From Macrostomum lignano (lineage: Eukaryota): a stretch of DNA of 64,000 nucleotides. The stretch's first letter is position 1; the number at the start of each line of letters is the position of its first letter. Shown one piece after another: positions 62,861 through 64,000 of the stretch. Made by a program: the position numbers and the translations under genes. Location: contig NIVC01003683.1 in the NCBI GenBank assembly GCA_002269645.1, positions 19,103-83,102 of the forward strand. The letters run 5' to 3'. The notes below the pieces were generated by a model. That model saw nothing but the letters and a program-made list of their open reading frames with translations, searched no databases and was not told the origin of the DNA.

Positions 62861-64000
62861 TTTTACTACCCTAACACTATTAAATCAATAGCTCCAATGG
62901 TCTCTCAACTCTCAATTAAGTGGTATTACTAGATATAGAAACTAAATAAAGGAAGTATGTGTTCCCATAACCATATTCATATCTATATCTGTGTTTTACA
63001 AAAAAACCTCTCTACCTATAACTTCCTATAACCATATCCATAGCAAAAATGGAATTTTACCAATGTCTTAATGCTACGATACTATTGACAATACTTCTTG
63101 GGTATTAGAGAATCAAAAGCCCATAGTCAAGCAAATGCAGTGTCAGAATAAATTTTCTTTATTTTTTGCTTATTTGCTATGTGCCAAAGCAATTTTATTC
63201 CTTGTACCATGTGGCAAAATATGATTATCATAAAAAAAAACAAATTTTAAAAAACTTTTAAAACTTTTTAAATTTGTTAGGCTTAGTGCCTACTTATAGA
63301 ATCTAGACTTAAACATTTGCAATGGCATTATTTTTATCCAAATTGAATTGAATTTGAATTTAGAATGGTCTCATTTTGCTAAAATTGATTGCACACCCAC
63401 AGACAGACCATTTTTAGTATATGGATGTTCATAATAAAATTAATGATTATTATAAAATTTTTAAAATTATAACAAACTTTCATAAGCATAGAGGCAAATA
63501 ATTATGTATCACAAAATCAGCAATATTTGTAAATTAAGCCTAATTATTAATCAAAGGAATCTTAGACCTTAACCATGCCCTAACTATAGGGAGTCCTGTG
63601 AGCTATATTAAAAAACTAAAAAAGGAAAAATTGACAAAATGGTACTCCTTTTGGAAGAAAAAAATCAATGTTAAAACAAACATATTAATAGAACCAAATA
63701 TATTTAAAAAGATCACAAATTATACTTTCCAAAGAGTGGCCACACAGGCCAATCAGTAAAGTGGTCTGAAAGTTATACACAATCAAAGTTTGTGAATTTT
63801 GTTACATAAAATGCCCATGTGACCAAAACAAAAAAATGACTATATGGCAAATTTGAAATTCTTCAAGCATTGGAATATAGAAAACAAAACTTTTAGGAAG
63901 AAAGAACATAGAATAAAGTATTTATTGAAAGTTTTTTAAGGAAGATTTTTTTTTCTCTTACAAAACTGCATTAAAAACTTTGTGACTTTTTCAGATGTTC

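Overview
Eukaryotic (animal) genomic DNA. GC-rich, Ala-rich exons, minisatellite-filled introns and AT-rich spacers suggest a free-living flatworm such as Macrostomum; this is an inference, not proven. Ten protein-coding loci are supported: an LRR gene end, a divergent syntaxin, an orphan Cys-rich multi-exon gene, an ALK1/ALK2-class TGF-beta type I receptor, RPL28, MCFD2, a degenerate Bcl-2-family gene, an alpha-kinase, and a minus-strand run TRIP4 > POLR2E > NAT16-like. That makes eleven genes counting each member of the run. Multi-exon models were assembled by hand and their splice phases are consistent. The window also holds about 20 locus-specific tandem arrays, a LINE relic split by a solo LTR, further LTR-like pieces, a mariner relic and MITE, and three tRNA-headed CORE-like SINEs. 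The most notable observations are: (1) a solo LTR whose 3' end is built from 51-bp units, each a tRNA-Leu-type primer-binding site followed by a re-created LTR terminus; (2) a duplicated TRIP4 exon-3 acceptor that is in frame with exon 1 and would give a membrane-anchored chimeric isoform; (3) a syntaxin with no available ATG, a candidate for spliced-leader-donated AUG, carrying Asp at the SNARE zero layer; (4) an ALK2-like receptor with Gln at the position of the human FOP residue R206. No rRNA, true tRNA gene or CRISPR array was seen. Most long ORFs in the ORF track are repeat artefacts.
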